From assembly GCA_000165425.1 (NCBI GenBank), contig CT868020.1, forward strand, positions 124,001 through 188,000: a stretch of 64,000 nucleotides of DNA, given 5' to 3'. Positions 52,640 through 64,000 of the stretch are shown here, piece by piece. Numbering within the stretch: position 1 is the first letter of the stretch; each line of letters starts with the position of its first letter. The notes beneath the pieces were generated by a model. It worked only from the letters and a program-made list of their open reading frames with translations, ran no database searches and was not told the DNA's origin. The stretch is from Paramecium tetraurelia. Taxonomy: Eukaryota. The translations under genes were made by a program, and so were the position numbers.

Positions 52640-53960
52640 TCACAATGCGAGAGGAATTAATTTCAGAATCATATCGATGAATCTCAGTTCATCATCAAAC
52701 TCTTGAATGTCCTCGTCAATTTCCTTAGCAGTCAGATTCACATACTGACACAGAGTCTTGGTTGTTACTAATTATTATCATAAATAGGACATACATGACA
52801 ACACAATCTTTTTATTCTATGAATTTGCTATTATTTGTTGGACAACCTTTGGTTTCTCTGGTGATCTCTTCTTATAATTCTAATCAGGAAAATCAATCGT
52901 TTTGTTTATAATACTATAATTTATATGATATGAGTCTAGTTGAACATCATGAGAGTTCTTTAAAATTGAGTGCATCTTCTGTAAATTTTATATAGTCCAA
53001 CTATCTGCAAATAGTTACATATGATAAAATCTAAGTATTATTTGGTAAATACCTTCTTTTAAATGCCTAATAACTCCTATCTAACTAGTAACGCAGCTTT
53101 ATTTCTTCATAAAATCCTTATGAATGCACTTGATGGTCGGATTGTCTGATTTCCGGTAAAAATAATAAACACAATTAGAGAGAATCTTCTAAAATTGAAT
53201 GACGTTTATTAGTTGATTTAATTGTCAATTGTTTGAGCATCTCATGGATATCTTATAATATATCCTGTTTTTCCTTCATCATTGGGTCATCTTTCACTCC
53301 CATTTTTATTTCATAGCTTGACAACTTTTGCTCTTAATAACTGATATCTGAGTTTTCTTGATTAAACTCGGAGGCACTTCTTTGATTTGTTGATCTTCTG
53401 TTAATAATTTCTCTACTTTAAGATTAGAAGATATTTGATTAAATTAATTGCACGGGTTTTAATTCGTTTTATTCCTTCTTGAAAATATCCTTCATTTATT
53501 GAGCAGCATTTTAAGGTGTTAATAATTATTCAGTTACCTATTCATAATTATTATTGTATTAAGTAATTTAAATTTTTACTTAGAAAACAGGCTAAATTTT
53601 TAGTTGTGAATTTTTACGAACTTATAAATGAGTTTATTGCTATGGCTCTTCTGTTTAAATTATATTAGGTTAAATCGTTTATTTTTTTTCTAAAGAAGAA
53701 GATTTTGCAGATTATCTTTTAGAAATATAAAAATAATTTGTATCATTTTCTTGAACTTGAATTGATGCAATCACTTAATTTTCTTTTTTGCTTTAAAGTT
53801 ATATTGGTGTTTATTCTTTCTATATGCTATTTTTTTTGAGTTAGCTATTCCTGCCTGAATATTCATTCTATTATGATTGATTCTATTTGTATTAAGATTC
53901 AGATAAAAAGTCACTTGATGCGACATTCTCTTATTAGAAATTTGAATTTTGCATTGACAT
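52640..53960 (-). CDS. Hypothetical protein with Gln/Asn-rich N-terminus
   Basis: MSMQNSNFQQEN..DELRFIDMILKLIPLAL*. Introns near 53030-53052 and ~52768-52794. Confidence 0.7.
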
Positions 53961-54106
53961 TTGAAATTAGTTATAATAAATAATATAATAAAATTAAATT
54001 CAGACGTGATCGAGTACTTTTTCAAAATCATATATTATAAAAACTATTGGCATTTCATATTTTTCATTCAAAAAAAAATGATATATAATTATTTACTTCT
54101 ATATTT

Positions 54107-54565
54107 TCATAAAAATGCTAATTATAAAGATTTGTAAATTCCATTTTCAACAATAAAACTTGAACTATTTTTAGTAAAATACATAAGAGGTATGAAATTT
54201 TAAATAATTTTAATCTATGGAGAGTGAAAATTAAATAGAATCATCTTTATTTCATGTTCAAGGGTAGGATTGATCCATTTTAAACTTGGTTGCTGCAGAA
54301 TCAATTTCTTGATCTATCTAGAGATAACAATAGCTGGTTCGTTCTTAAAGAAGTTATAACGAATGACATTGGGATTGAATTTGACTTTGTTGTGGTTCTT
54401 CCCCAGCTTTTTGTTCGAATATTAAGTTTAATTGATATGAGTGGTAGAGAATTCCTCTTTGGATTTGGACTTGACTTCAAAATCATCTAAACACTGTACA
54501 CTTTGATCTTCATGATTTTGGTAGAGTCCTAAGGGAATCAGAAATACCTATTTTGGACCTATCAT
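54107..54565 (-). CDS. Small hypothetical protein with KVKF motif (3' end uncertain)
   Basis: MIGPKQVFLIP..NKVKFNPNVIRYNFFKNEPAIV.., open to TGA at 54107-54109. Confidence 0.55.
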
Positions 54566-54782
54566 CGGTAATGATATAAATTTATTTATAATTTCAAGTA
54601 TTAATTCCTCTTTAAAAATAAATTAATATTTAATATTATTAATTGATTGTAATCTATGAAAACGAAGAAAGTAATCCAATTCTTCTCAAAAGCACTTTTT
54701 TCAACTCAAGTAATAAAGTTCTTAGTTAATCTGCATTAATTATTGAGGTTATTAATCTTTTAATAAAAATTATTCTTATTTA

Positions 54783-55600
54783 ATGTCAAAGCCTAGATCA
54801 ACAAGCACGATTGAATAGAGAATCAAAGATGTCAGAATGCAAAGGTCTCGAAATTATTCCCACGTTGAAGGAACATGCGTATGCTCTGATTGTTTGTGTG
54901 GTTAATGCAAATGCCAAGTGATGTAACAACATTATGATTATCCCAAACTTTTACTGTCAAATTATAAAAGAGAGTATCCTTGGAAATGTTCCTCACCTCC
55001 TAAGCCAGTCTAATAAGTTGAATACTAGCCAAATTTTGAACGAGTTTTTAGATCCTCTACTTACTAAAGAAATTTTCAATAATTCAACATTTAGAAAACT
55101 CAAAATTTCAAACCTTCACCCCAAGATTGGAGAAATGACTCACCAGTCGTCGAAATAACATCGTATCGAACGAATTTCAAATAACAACCAAATAGTAAAA
55201 TATAAAAGTTACATTAGATATCACACCTATGCTGAGGCCAATTGAAGTTGATCATTCTGTCAATTTGCCTATGTCTTAGAAGACCACTTACAAGAATCAC
55301 TTTAGAGCATGCAGTTCTCAACTAGAAAATGACCATTATGTTAGAGAAGCTCACTACAAAAGACACACCAATCAATCTCCAAATCCATATTTATAAACAT
55401 CATATCAACATTTCTATAATGTAGTTTCATAATCACAAACCAATGCAATTTTACCCCAACAAAACTAGCCATTTATGCCAACCTTATCTGGATTGCAGAA
55501 CCGACAAAGTCGATATCAATCGGATTATAAAAGAAAATAGAAACTCAAATGTCAAGCCAGACAATATTTGGAAGAATACATTATTATTAATTAAGATTGA
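54783..55600 (+). CDS. SAXO/FAM154-like stabilizer of axonemal microtubules
   Basis: N-terminal CVCSDCLCGQCKC, then repeats SNYKREY, STYQRNF, TSYRTNF, TTYKNHF, TSYQHFY, SRYQSDY. One 23-nt intron. Confidence 0.8.
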
Positions 55601-55742
55601 ATTGTATTTTTATTTATTTTAACTCATTTTATTCAATTGATTATCATTAGATAGGATAATTTAAACATTCATCATTGACCCCATTCCCCAGGTACAAATG
55701 AAAAATATAATATTTAAAGTGATATATACTTATAAATATACT

Positions 55743-56090
55743 TCATATATAATTGTAGTTTTCTTTGTCCTCACAAATTTTCTTATTGCTCTTCCTATCC
55801 GAAAGCAATTACGATTTGGCCTTTCTTTTGCTTCCCAAATTAGGATCAGGCTCAGTTGATTTATTAATAAGTTTCGATTTATTCTTATAAAGATTCAGGC
55901 TTTGAGGTTGATCCTCACTTTAAGTTTCCCTTTGTTGCTAAGTCTCATCAAAATTCTCATTGATGTTTTCATCATTCGAAAGCACATCTACAGTTTTGTC
56001 TGATAACTCATCATCCTTTATTAAATAATCATAAGCCTTAAACAACAACTAATCGATTTTACGATTGATTTTTTGAATCTGGTTTCCCAT
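55743..56090 (-). CDS. Small hypothetical protein (115 aa)
   Basis: MGNQIQKINRK..EDKENYNYI*, in frame. Confidence 0.7.
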
Positions 56091-56280
56091 CTATTAATCT
56101 AACAGAAATAAATATATTGTTATAAATTTTCATTAATAATCACTTAAATAAATAGCAGAAAGTCTGATTTTGCATATTCAATACCTAAATGTGAAGTGCT
56201 TTCATGGAATAAAATTCATTTTTCATTCAGTCTTTCATAAGGGCTGAAATAGATAAATTCATATATTATTAAATAATTAA

Positions 56281-57395
56281 ATGTCGAATATCAAGTATAT
56301 TTATTTAAAGAAAATCCACAAAGTGCCGTTCACTGTTAATAGTTATTACAGTCTCGTTGAAACCATCAAGATGACTTATAAATAGTTGAAGGACATTTAT
56401 CTTTTTGCAATCATTAATTCATGTAAACATTTAAAATACCACAATAGAGAATGGAGAAGCAGTATGGGAAATTAACTCTGATGTTACCTTTTAATCATTG
56501 AAATCAACGAGTCAATAATAAGGATTGTCCTCCATTAAAATATTGGTCACAGAGAACCAGAATTATTAAGAAGTCTTAAAGGATTCATGGAATCTGTTAA
56601 ATCAAAGCACAGTGGCAACAGAAAAGAAGAGCCAAGATGCTTCAACCTACTTTTAACCTAGTAATTAAGATTAGTGCCAATAAAGTGCACCCTAGTTGGG
56701 AAATATAGGGTAAATGTATTTAAATAATTGTGTTTAGAACCTAAGCAAAAGCGTAATAAATTGATAATGCATCAAATACTAATACTATTGACTATCGAAA
56801 TAATTAATAGCTAAAAGAGCTGATCGATGAAATTATCGATTAAAAGTTAAAAGAATTAGGGTTGATAAAAAGCAATGATGATAAAATTGACCCCTCTGAT
56901 TATAAATTTTCGTTGACCAAAAAAAACACCAAATACACTGCCAATATAGATTCAGACCTTAAGGTTTCCTTATGCTTCAATAATAATGGTAATAAGAAGT
57001 GGTTTAATCCATATTTAACAAACACAGGAATAAGATTACATTAGAAATTTAGCGACTTGGCTCCAGGTGAATATACATAAGTTATTGTTTCCATTCCCTA
57101 CATCCCAAATCACTTTTAGGGCAATCCACAATATACATATAGATTCAAAGTAAATCATATTGTCTAACATTAGATCTATGCTGAAAATGAGAAAGGATAA
57201 TTGTGTGAGGTATATGGTGAGATTCCAATCATAGTAAAGGCTCCAGAAAATATCTAATTGTCACCAGAAGAATAAAAGATATCGAAATTGTAGAGCATCT
57301 TTCCACAAATTGGGAAGCAATAGATTGTAAAGTTTGTCCAACAGCAGAACTAAGACAAACCTATTGATTAATTGATTGAAGAATTCTTGTAGTGA
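56281..57395 (+). CDS. NBR1-like architecture: PB1-like, FW/Ig-like and CUE/UBA-like domains
   Basis: N-terminal KYIYLKKIHK..EINSD. Middle FNNNGNKKW..DLAPGEYTQV. C-terminal LQSIFPQIGKQQIVKFV. Two introns. Confidence 0.6.
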
Positions 57396-57498
57396 TATTT
57401 ATGGAATAATTAATTAATTTTGCTGAATATATGATTGGGCATTATAATTCTTATTGAGGTATTTCAATTAAATTATATTGGAATTATAAACTTTGAAA

Positions 57499-57984
57499 AT
57501 GCAGTAATGCAATTTGGCAGATTTCTCTTTCAGTCTACAAAATCAAAATGACATTGAGGTTGAGTAACAAACCCATTTTCTTGGAGTAAATTCTTCTGCA
57601 GCGGATATTTCATCTGAAGAAGAAAATGATTTGGATAGAAAAATATAATAATTATACAGCTAAACCAAGTAGGCCTTGTAATCCATAAAGAAGAGACAGA
57701 TCTCAGAACAAGTGAATAGCGCTAAAGATCTGTCGAATGTGAAATCTTGTCTCGTTTGTAGTAAATCTCTACCCTTTCTTTAACTGTTTGTATCGAAGAA
57801 AGTCTTTGCTCGCAATAATAAAATCAAAGGATTTACTGCGATTCAATATCCACAACACTTAAATTCGATAAATAAGAGTGATAACTAATAGGATTAAAAA
57901 TAGAAACTAAATTAAAAAATACAAAATAATAGTTATTTTAGTGTTCCAAAAAGGAACATCTGCTACTCTTATATCAAAATTTGA
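57499..57984 (+). CDS. Hypothetical protein (161 aa)
   Basis: MQQCNLADFSF..CYSYIKI*, in frame. Confidence 0.7.
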
Positions 57985-58037
57985 AAATAATTTTATTTTA
58001 TTGTATTTTTTAGTTTTATATACTACGTAAAATAAAA

Positions 58038-58931
58038 ATGAAAAGCAGGGAAGATTCAGTGTCTATCAGAAGTGACGAACAATCGTTGGATTTAGATTGC
58101 AGGATAATGAAACCGAAGTTTAAACAGCCTGATTACGATACGTATCAAACAGAAACTAGTACCTCTGTTTATAAAAGGATAATGGAGATTAAGTCTAGTT
58201 CGAGTGAATATAAATTCAAGACATGTCATGAGGCTGTTCCATCAACAAAACAATATGGATGTGTTAGGAAGTTTAGTGATTGTTAATTATAAGAGTCGAA
58301 TGAGGAGAAATATAGAAATAACCAATTCATAAACTAAAATTTTGATAATATTTTGGGTAAAGATAAAACAAGAAAGAAAAAAAGTAAGAAGGGATCTCTC
58401 TACTCTATACAAAGTTAATCTCAATCTCCAATTTCTAACAAGAACTAGTAAAATTAATTATAGGAAACATCATCAAAAAAGTCTCAAAAATCTATCAGCA
58501 AAAGCTCAACAGTTAATCTACCTAAAAAAGGAATGTACAATTCTTAAGAAAAGAAGATTGGACATACTTTGGACCATCAACCAATAAGAGTATAATAGAG
58601 AACCAATCAATTGAACCATCATGTTGATTAATTTTAGAATCCAATCTAAGAAAAAATTACTATCGGTCAGTTGAATAGATATTCTTTGAATGACAACAAA
58701 ATTGGATAAATGTACAGAAACACGAACCATTTTTTACTGACTGCATCGTAGCCAAAAAGCATATTAAAGAGCAAGTCTGTTTGTAGTGAGAGTAGCAATG
58801 GAGAGAACAGCAGTAAATACAAATCAATGAAGTCATCGATTTTTAAGAAAGTTACCTTCGAATCAATTAAAGGATAAAATAATATGAAATAATCTCTACA
58901 CAATTAATAACAATTGATTATAATACAATGA
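58038..58931 (+). CDS. Hypothetical protein with C-terminal SILK + KVTF motifs (297 aa)
   Basis: MKSREDS..PKSILKSK..KKVTFES..IIQ*, in frame. Confidence 0.75.
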
Positions 58932-58964
58932 AAATTTAATATATATATATATACTTAAATTAAA

Positions 58965-60367
58965 TCATTATTTTTACTAATCATAATAGGATGGAGTCTC
59001 TAGATATTCTTTTGATTGCATTTCTTTCAATCTAGATCTACATCTTTCAAGAGCAAACTCTTCATCGTATTGTTCCCCTTAGCTTTTTACAACGAAGAGA
59101 TTCATCAAGTCTCTTTCTGCAGAACAATACAACTTAGTTTTATGATTGTACATTTCATCAATTAGTAAGATAAATCTTCGAGCAGCATTTCGATTACTCA
59201 TACTGATCTATTTCACTCCCTTTAGACAAATAGTGTGATAATTCCTACATAAAGCTATGAAATCTGAGGCTCCCACTACATCCTCACATAACTCTTCGTA
59301 ATCAAACAATGCTACTCCATTCGCTTGTCTTTTTACTTTGAAGTTCCTTCCTTCAATAACCTCGATTTCCTTCTCATGACTAATAAAAATTAGACTCTCA
59401 TTATTTACAATTTGTCTGTTCCACTTATTCTTTTGAAAATTCCTTTCATAGTCTATTCAGCACTTTCATCCAAAGGACTAGTAAATGTTAACAATCTTTC
59501 TGTTTGAGCTGCTGACTATTGATATATACAGAATATTCATACATAAGAGTATCTATAATCAACCTGTGAGTCCATATTGTGAATAATGCATGACTGTTTT
59601 AAAAATGGAATAAATGGTAAAAATAGATGTCTTTACAATCCTCCCTTATACAAGTCTTCTGGTGGTCGGTTGGATGTTGCCACTAAAACCATATGGTTAT
59701 TGATCATTGTCTCAAACAATCTCTTCAAAATTAGAGCATCTCCTATGTCTGTGACTTAGAATTCATCTAGACATAATAATCTTAACTCTTTGGCTTTTGC
59801 TATACCCACTTTGGTCACAGGATCTTCTTTACTAGAACAATTATGCATATCCTTCTGAATGTCCAGCATGAATTCATTAAAGTGGATCCTTTTCTTTTGG
59901 GGGATTTGACATTATTCATAAAATAAATCCATTATATAAGTCTTCCCACATCCTGGCGATCCGAAAACATATAACCCTTAGATCTACTATACAAATGGAC
60001 GGTTATGATCTTATTGTGTCGATTATAATTTAGTCTCGTTTATGCTTATAGTCTGTGAACCCCCGAACAAAGAGCTAAAGAATGATGACTACTTTGCAGA
60101 TGGTTATTACACTTAGCTTTACTGGGGCTTATGGTTTCTTTTAATAAAATCATCCAGGAATTTCGAGTATTGCAGCCATTGTTGATGCGTTTAGACCAAT
60201 TGATCGTTGACTCTATCGAATTAAACAATCTTTTAGTCTTAATTATTTAATCATACCGTATTCACTTACCTCTCATCTCTGGCTATTTCCTCTTGTCTTA
60301 CTAAGAGTTGATATTACTCTAACACTGCTCCAAAATTGAATCTCACCCTTCTAAAGCCCAAAAACAT
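58965..60367 (-). CDS. AFG1: AFG1/LACE1-family mitochondrial ATPase
   Basis: Walker [20 protein letters not shown], Walker [45 protein letters not shown]. Confidence 0.95.
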
Positions 60368-60407
60368 TTATATAATAATTTTTATTTAAACCAAAATTAA
60401 AATTAAG

Positions 60408-60985
60408 TCAATAATCCCTCTTTATAAATTTTTTATACAGCCAATTAAATACTGCAAATATTATTACAATAATAGACACCGTGAGAGTGACTAATTGCCA
60501 ATAATTTAGAGAATCATTCACCTCAATCACACTCTAAAGTTGTCTCTGTTCTGGTTATCTCACTTAAGTAAAATTGCTACTCTCATCGTTTAAAGAGCTC
60601 TTTTTACGACTAGACAACTCAAAGAAAAAGTATTTGTAAAAATGATAAACCGTCTATGTGTTTTTTCTAGAAGTTGTAGAATTCTCTAATATGGTTCTGT
60701 ACATGATTTTTGCTCTTTCATCCAATCTCATAGGAACCTATATTCTAAATATATTTAATCTACATAATTTAATTGAGTTATCTCTACTACCCTTGTTTCT
60801 TGTTTTTTGATGTAAAAGTTATTCGGTTTTATCTTATAATTTTGAGGATTCGACAATTCTATTTGAATTTCAAGTATATTCTATGAGATATTTTTTATTT
60901 TTAATTCTGTCTGAATTAGCATTGTGTTCCTATTATAAGCAAATGTGAGTTTGTTCTAAGCAGAGAACATCAATAATTCTTCCAT
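60408..60985 (-). CDS. MSP-domain tail-anchored protein (VAP-like, divergent)
   Basis: LKIKNISQNILEIQIELSNPQNYKIKPNNFYI fits the MSP fold. C-terminal TM LVTLTVSIIVIIFAVFNWLY. One 26-nt intron gives 184 codons. Confidence 0.6.
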
Positions 60986-61061
60986 TTCTTTTTTTTCTTT
61001 TAAAGAGTACTTCAAAACTAATAATTAAATAATTTAAACAAAATTACGTTATTAATTAAAT

Positions 61062-61840
61062 ATGAAATCGAGGCTTCAAAATGGAAATTATTTTTTGAAT
61101 AAAGATTTCGCCTATTATCATAGACCATAAATACCTGTAACAATCCAATCAAAATCAGCTATTGAAATTAAACCGATTCCCTAGCCCACCAATTATCAAA
61201 AGAAACAGAAAACTATTCACTATTATGATCAATACAAATTTGAATAATATACATCTGCTAAAACTAAACTCTACGATTTGCTAAGCTTAAGATAAAGTAA
61301 TTATAATCAATCATTCAAGCTAATAGGACACCGATTCAAAGAAGAAGATAAGCTGAATCCTCTCTTATAGTTAAAAGGAACCCAGAGATCTTCACATCAG
61401 TTGTTGAAATGAACGATGTCAAACAAAAGGTCAAAACTGTCAGTCAGGAATGTCCTAGAACCTAATAAAAAATTACAATGGTTCAGCACTCAGCATAATT
61501 AGCGAGCACACAAAAAAGAAATCATAATCATTCGAAATCTACCAATAACAATAATACCTCGACTCCGATACTCAATAAAACAGTCTCTTAATTTCAATGT
61601 TTCACTCCTCTAACAAATTCAAAAAACAATGCATAATCCGACCTCATGCAGAGAATCAAATAACAAAAATTAGAAAGTCTAATCAATCTTATTATCAACA
61701 ATCAACTTAATAATATTGTGCATGGCTTCACACTCATTAAGAATACTGCTCCTCTACTTCCTTACATCAAAGATTTGGAAAGAAGAAAAGCTGAATTCAA
61801 ATAGAAAAGATTTCAATTTAAATTAATCAGAATTAAATGA
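61062..61840 (+). CDS. Hypothetical protein, one intron
   Basis: MKSRLQNGNY..FQFKLIRIK*. A 23-nt intron near 61297 gives 252 codons. Confidence 0.65.
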
Positions 61841-61940
61841 ATAACTGAAAAATTAATAATAAAACTAATTTTTTCTAATCGTATCTTAGACGTCCACTTT
61901 ATAATTAGATTGGTTTATAAACAAAATATATAAATAGATA

Positions 61941-64000
61941 TCAGAAATGACTATCAAGAAGATTTGTATTCTGCCATTAGATCAGATCAACAAGCTTCTC
62001 AATATTTGTTTAATGTAATTATAGTAATTCCTTTTAATCTAATTTCTTTTGCAGACTTATTGCTATTTGATTCATGTTTTCCTTCAATTCCAAATAAAGT
62101 TCTTTGAAAACCTATAGAATTTCTTGTATCTTTGAGACGTAGATCTGAATTTTCTCGTCATTTATTGGTGAAATGATATTCAAGGGCAATCTATCTCCTT
62201 AATCCAATATAGGCATAAATGTTTCCTCTGAATGCAATGAGATGTATTATTTCTCAGGATCAAAATTCCACCCATATCTCAACAAGAATTGCAGCAATTT
62301 ATCACCCAAAGTAATATTTTCACCTATAGCGGCTAACATAACAGTTAAACAAAATGAGCTCACTCCACCTGTATAGGAGTCATTCAATCCTCGATGCTTC
62401 AAGAGTTTTTTCAAGACTATGGCTACTTCAGTAAAGCCTTTTACTGAATTTCCTACCTAACGTTGATAATCTGTTGAGAGAAGTCCAACATGGTAGCCTT
62501 AATATCCATACATTGGATATGGTTGTTGTAATTCAAACGTGATGTCAATTTAGATGTTTTAAGCTTTACTTAAAAATCAAATCAATACATAATTCTCCGT
62601 ATTTCAGATTAAATTAATCGATATTTCGATGATTCATCACATAATAAAGTGGGTTTCCTACAAACTCTAGAAATCCAGTTGAAGGATCAATTGTAATTTT
62701 GATTAAAGGAATTGTTGCTTGAAATATATGTCTAAAAGTTGTGTTAGGATAAATACTTGTAACTTATAGCCCATTTCATTTATGAGAATACTTCCAACAG
62801 TTTCCTCATAGGATCAAATAGTTAGGCTTTTGTGAACACAGGTAATCCAAAAACTACCATATCAACATCACTATCATGAAGGGCTAGACCTGTTCTTGAA
62901 GAGCCAAAAATAACAGGTTCAACTTAAAATTAGAAAAAATGAGCCTTAATAATATGTTACACTCTTAGTATGGCAACTTCTCTTGCAGTTCTAAACTTGA
63001 GTAAATTATCCTATTCTTTCTGATAGATTGATTAAATATCCCTTGAAATCTTATGTTCCAAAATTTCCTAATATATCTTTTCAAGAGTCTCTTTCTCCAA
63101 ATCATATTTATATGTTTTTTATTCTTTGCTTGCGCTTTTCACTAAGCCAGGTCTCTGAAGTGTACTATCCTACTCTTTTTTCTAAGAAAGAATCTTAGGG
63201 GGAGTGGTATTACCCATTTTGTAATCATCAGATAGATAATTTTGCTATGAAGAATTTGATTTTTTCATCAAGATTGCTTGTTTTTCAACTTGGTCTTCCT
63301 TTTATTCTTTTTCCTTTTTGCTATTTTATTTTTTTTTTTTCCCATTAAATTTCTTCTTAGTAACTTCAATAAATTCTCCATCGTCATCATGCGTAGAGGT
63401 AGTTGTACAAAGAAAAGTCTCTTAGACTTATTCTTATACTTCTTCATCTTTTTAGATTTCAATTTGGACTGAAGGTTCAAATTATTAGGTTTGAACACTT
63501 TCACTTGATTCTACCTATTAAATTTCAGGAAGTTTTTTGAGTTTCTTCTTTTCTTGATTCCTAATATAACAATGAATAATTACTCCTTTCTTCTCTGTTT
63601 TTTCTTTTGATTCTTTGTTTACGTATCATTAATCCATTCTTCATCTCCGAATTGAATCTCTTGTTACTACTGTATCTATTGATACTCAGTACAATTTGAT
63701 GTACATTCACTCATATATTGTTTTTTCTGATTTTTAGCCTTTTTCTATTTTTACTTTTTGAATTTCTTCTGATTTTCCAATTCTATAAATGACTCATCCA
63801 CCACTCTTTTCATAAATGAAGTAGCGAATTCATAGAAAATACTTTCTACTTCCTCATTACTTGTGCTAAATAATCTTTAATCATTTTCAGGCAATATTTT
63901 CGATTTTGAAGGGTTTTTAAATAGCTTGCCTACCTGCTGCAATTATTATTATTATTTCTGTTTATCTTATTCAGGTTTAACTCTTTTAATTTCAGGTGCT
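61941..64000 (-). CDS. Trf4/PAPD5-like nucleotidyltransferase with long Q/K-rich N-terminus (5' end outside window)
   Basis: PVIFGSSRTGLALHDSDVDMVV, ATIPLIK, IDITF, RGLNDSYTGGVSSF. Ends NLLDSHF*. Confidence 0.88.

Noticed and set aside
54656..54782. Upstream ATG as the start of the SAXO-like gene
   Set aside because: It is out of frame with the SAXO reading frame, and ATG 54783 gives a coherent protein.
1..64000. Transposons, telomeric repeats, tRNA/rRNA, retained IESs
   Set aside because: No transposase/RT motifs, G-rich telomeric arrays or cloverleafs seen. IESs cannot be called without a MAC/MIC comparison.

Overview
AT-rich, very gene-dense eukaryotic DNA that reads as ciliate macronuclear sequence, most likely Paramecium. 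Genes only make sense with TAA/TAG = Gln and TGA as the sole stop, and they carry 20-30 nt GT..AG introns. The supplied standard-code ORF track therefore shows fragments or antisense shadows, so I re-read the genes by hand. About 33 protein genes are supported. They include RPS15A (apparent 2-nt frameshift), WDR7, PUS7, RPL39, an ankyrin + Trf4/Cid-type nucleotidyltransferase, VPS45 and two head-to-head pseudokinases. Also present are a TORTIFOLIA1-like protein, JHY-like and SAXO-like proteins, a Cys-rich membrane protein, a USP lacking its catalytic Cys, CK1, an AGC kinase and importin-beta. The window also holds a ~4,640-aa multi-TM EF-hand giant resembling apicomplexan RON11, an NBR1-like protein, AFG1 and a second Trf4-like enzyme. 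I saw no RNA genes, mobile elements, telomeres or CRISPR. All family calls come from motif recognition without database searches.
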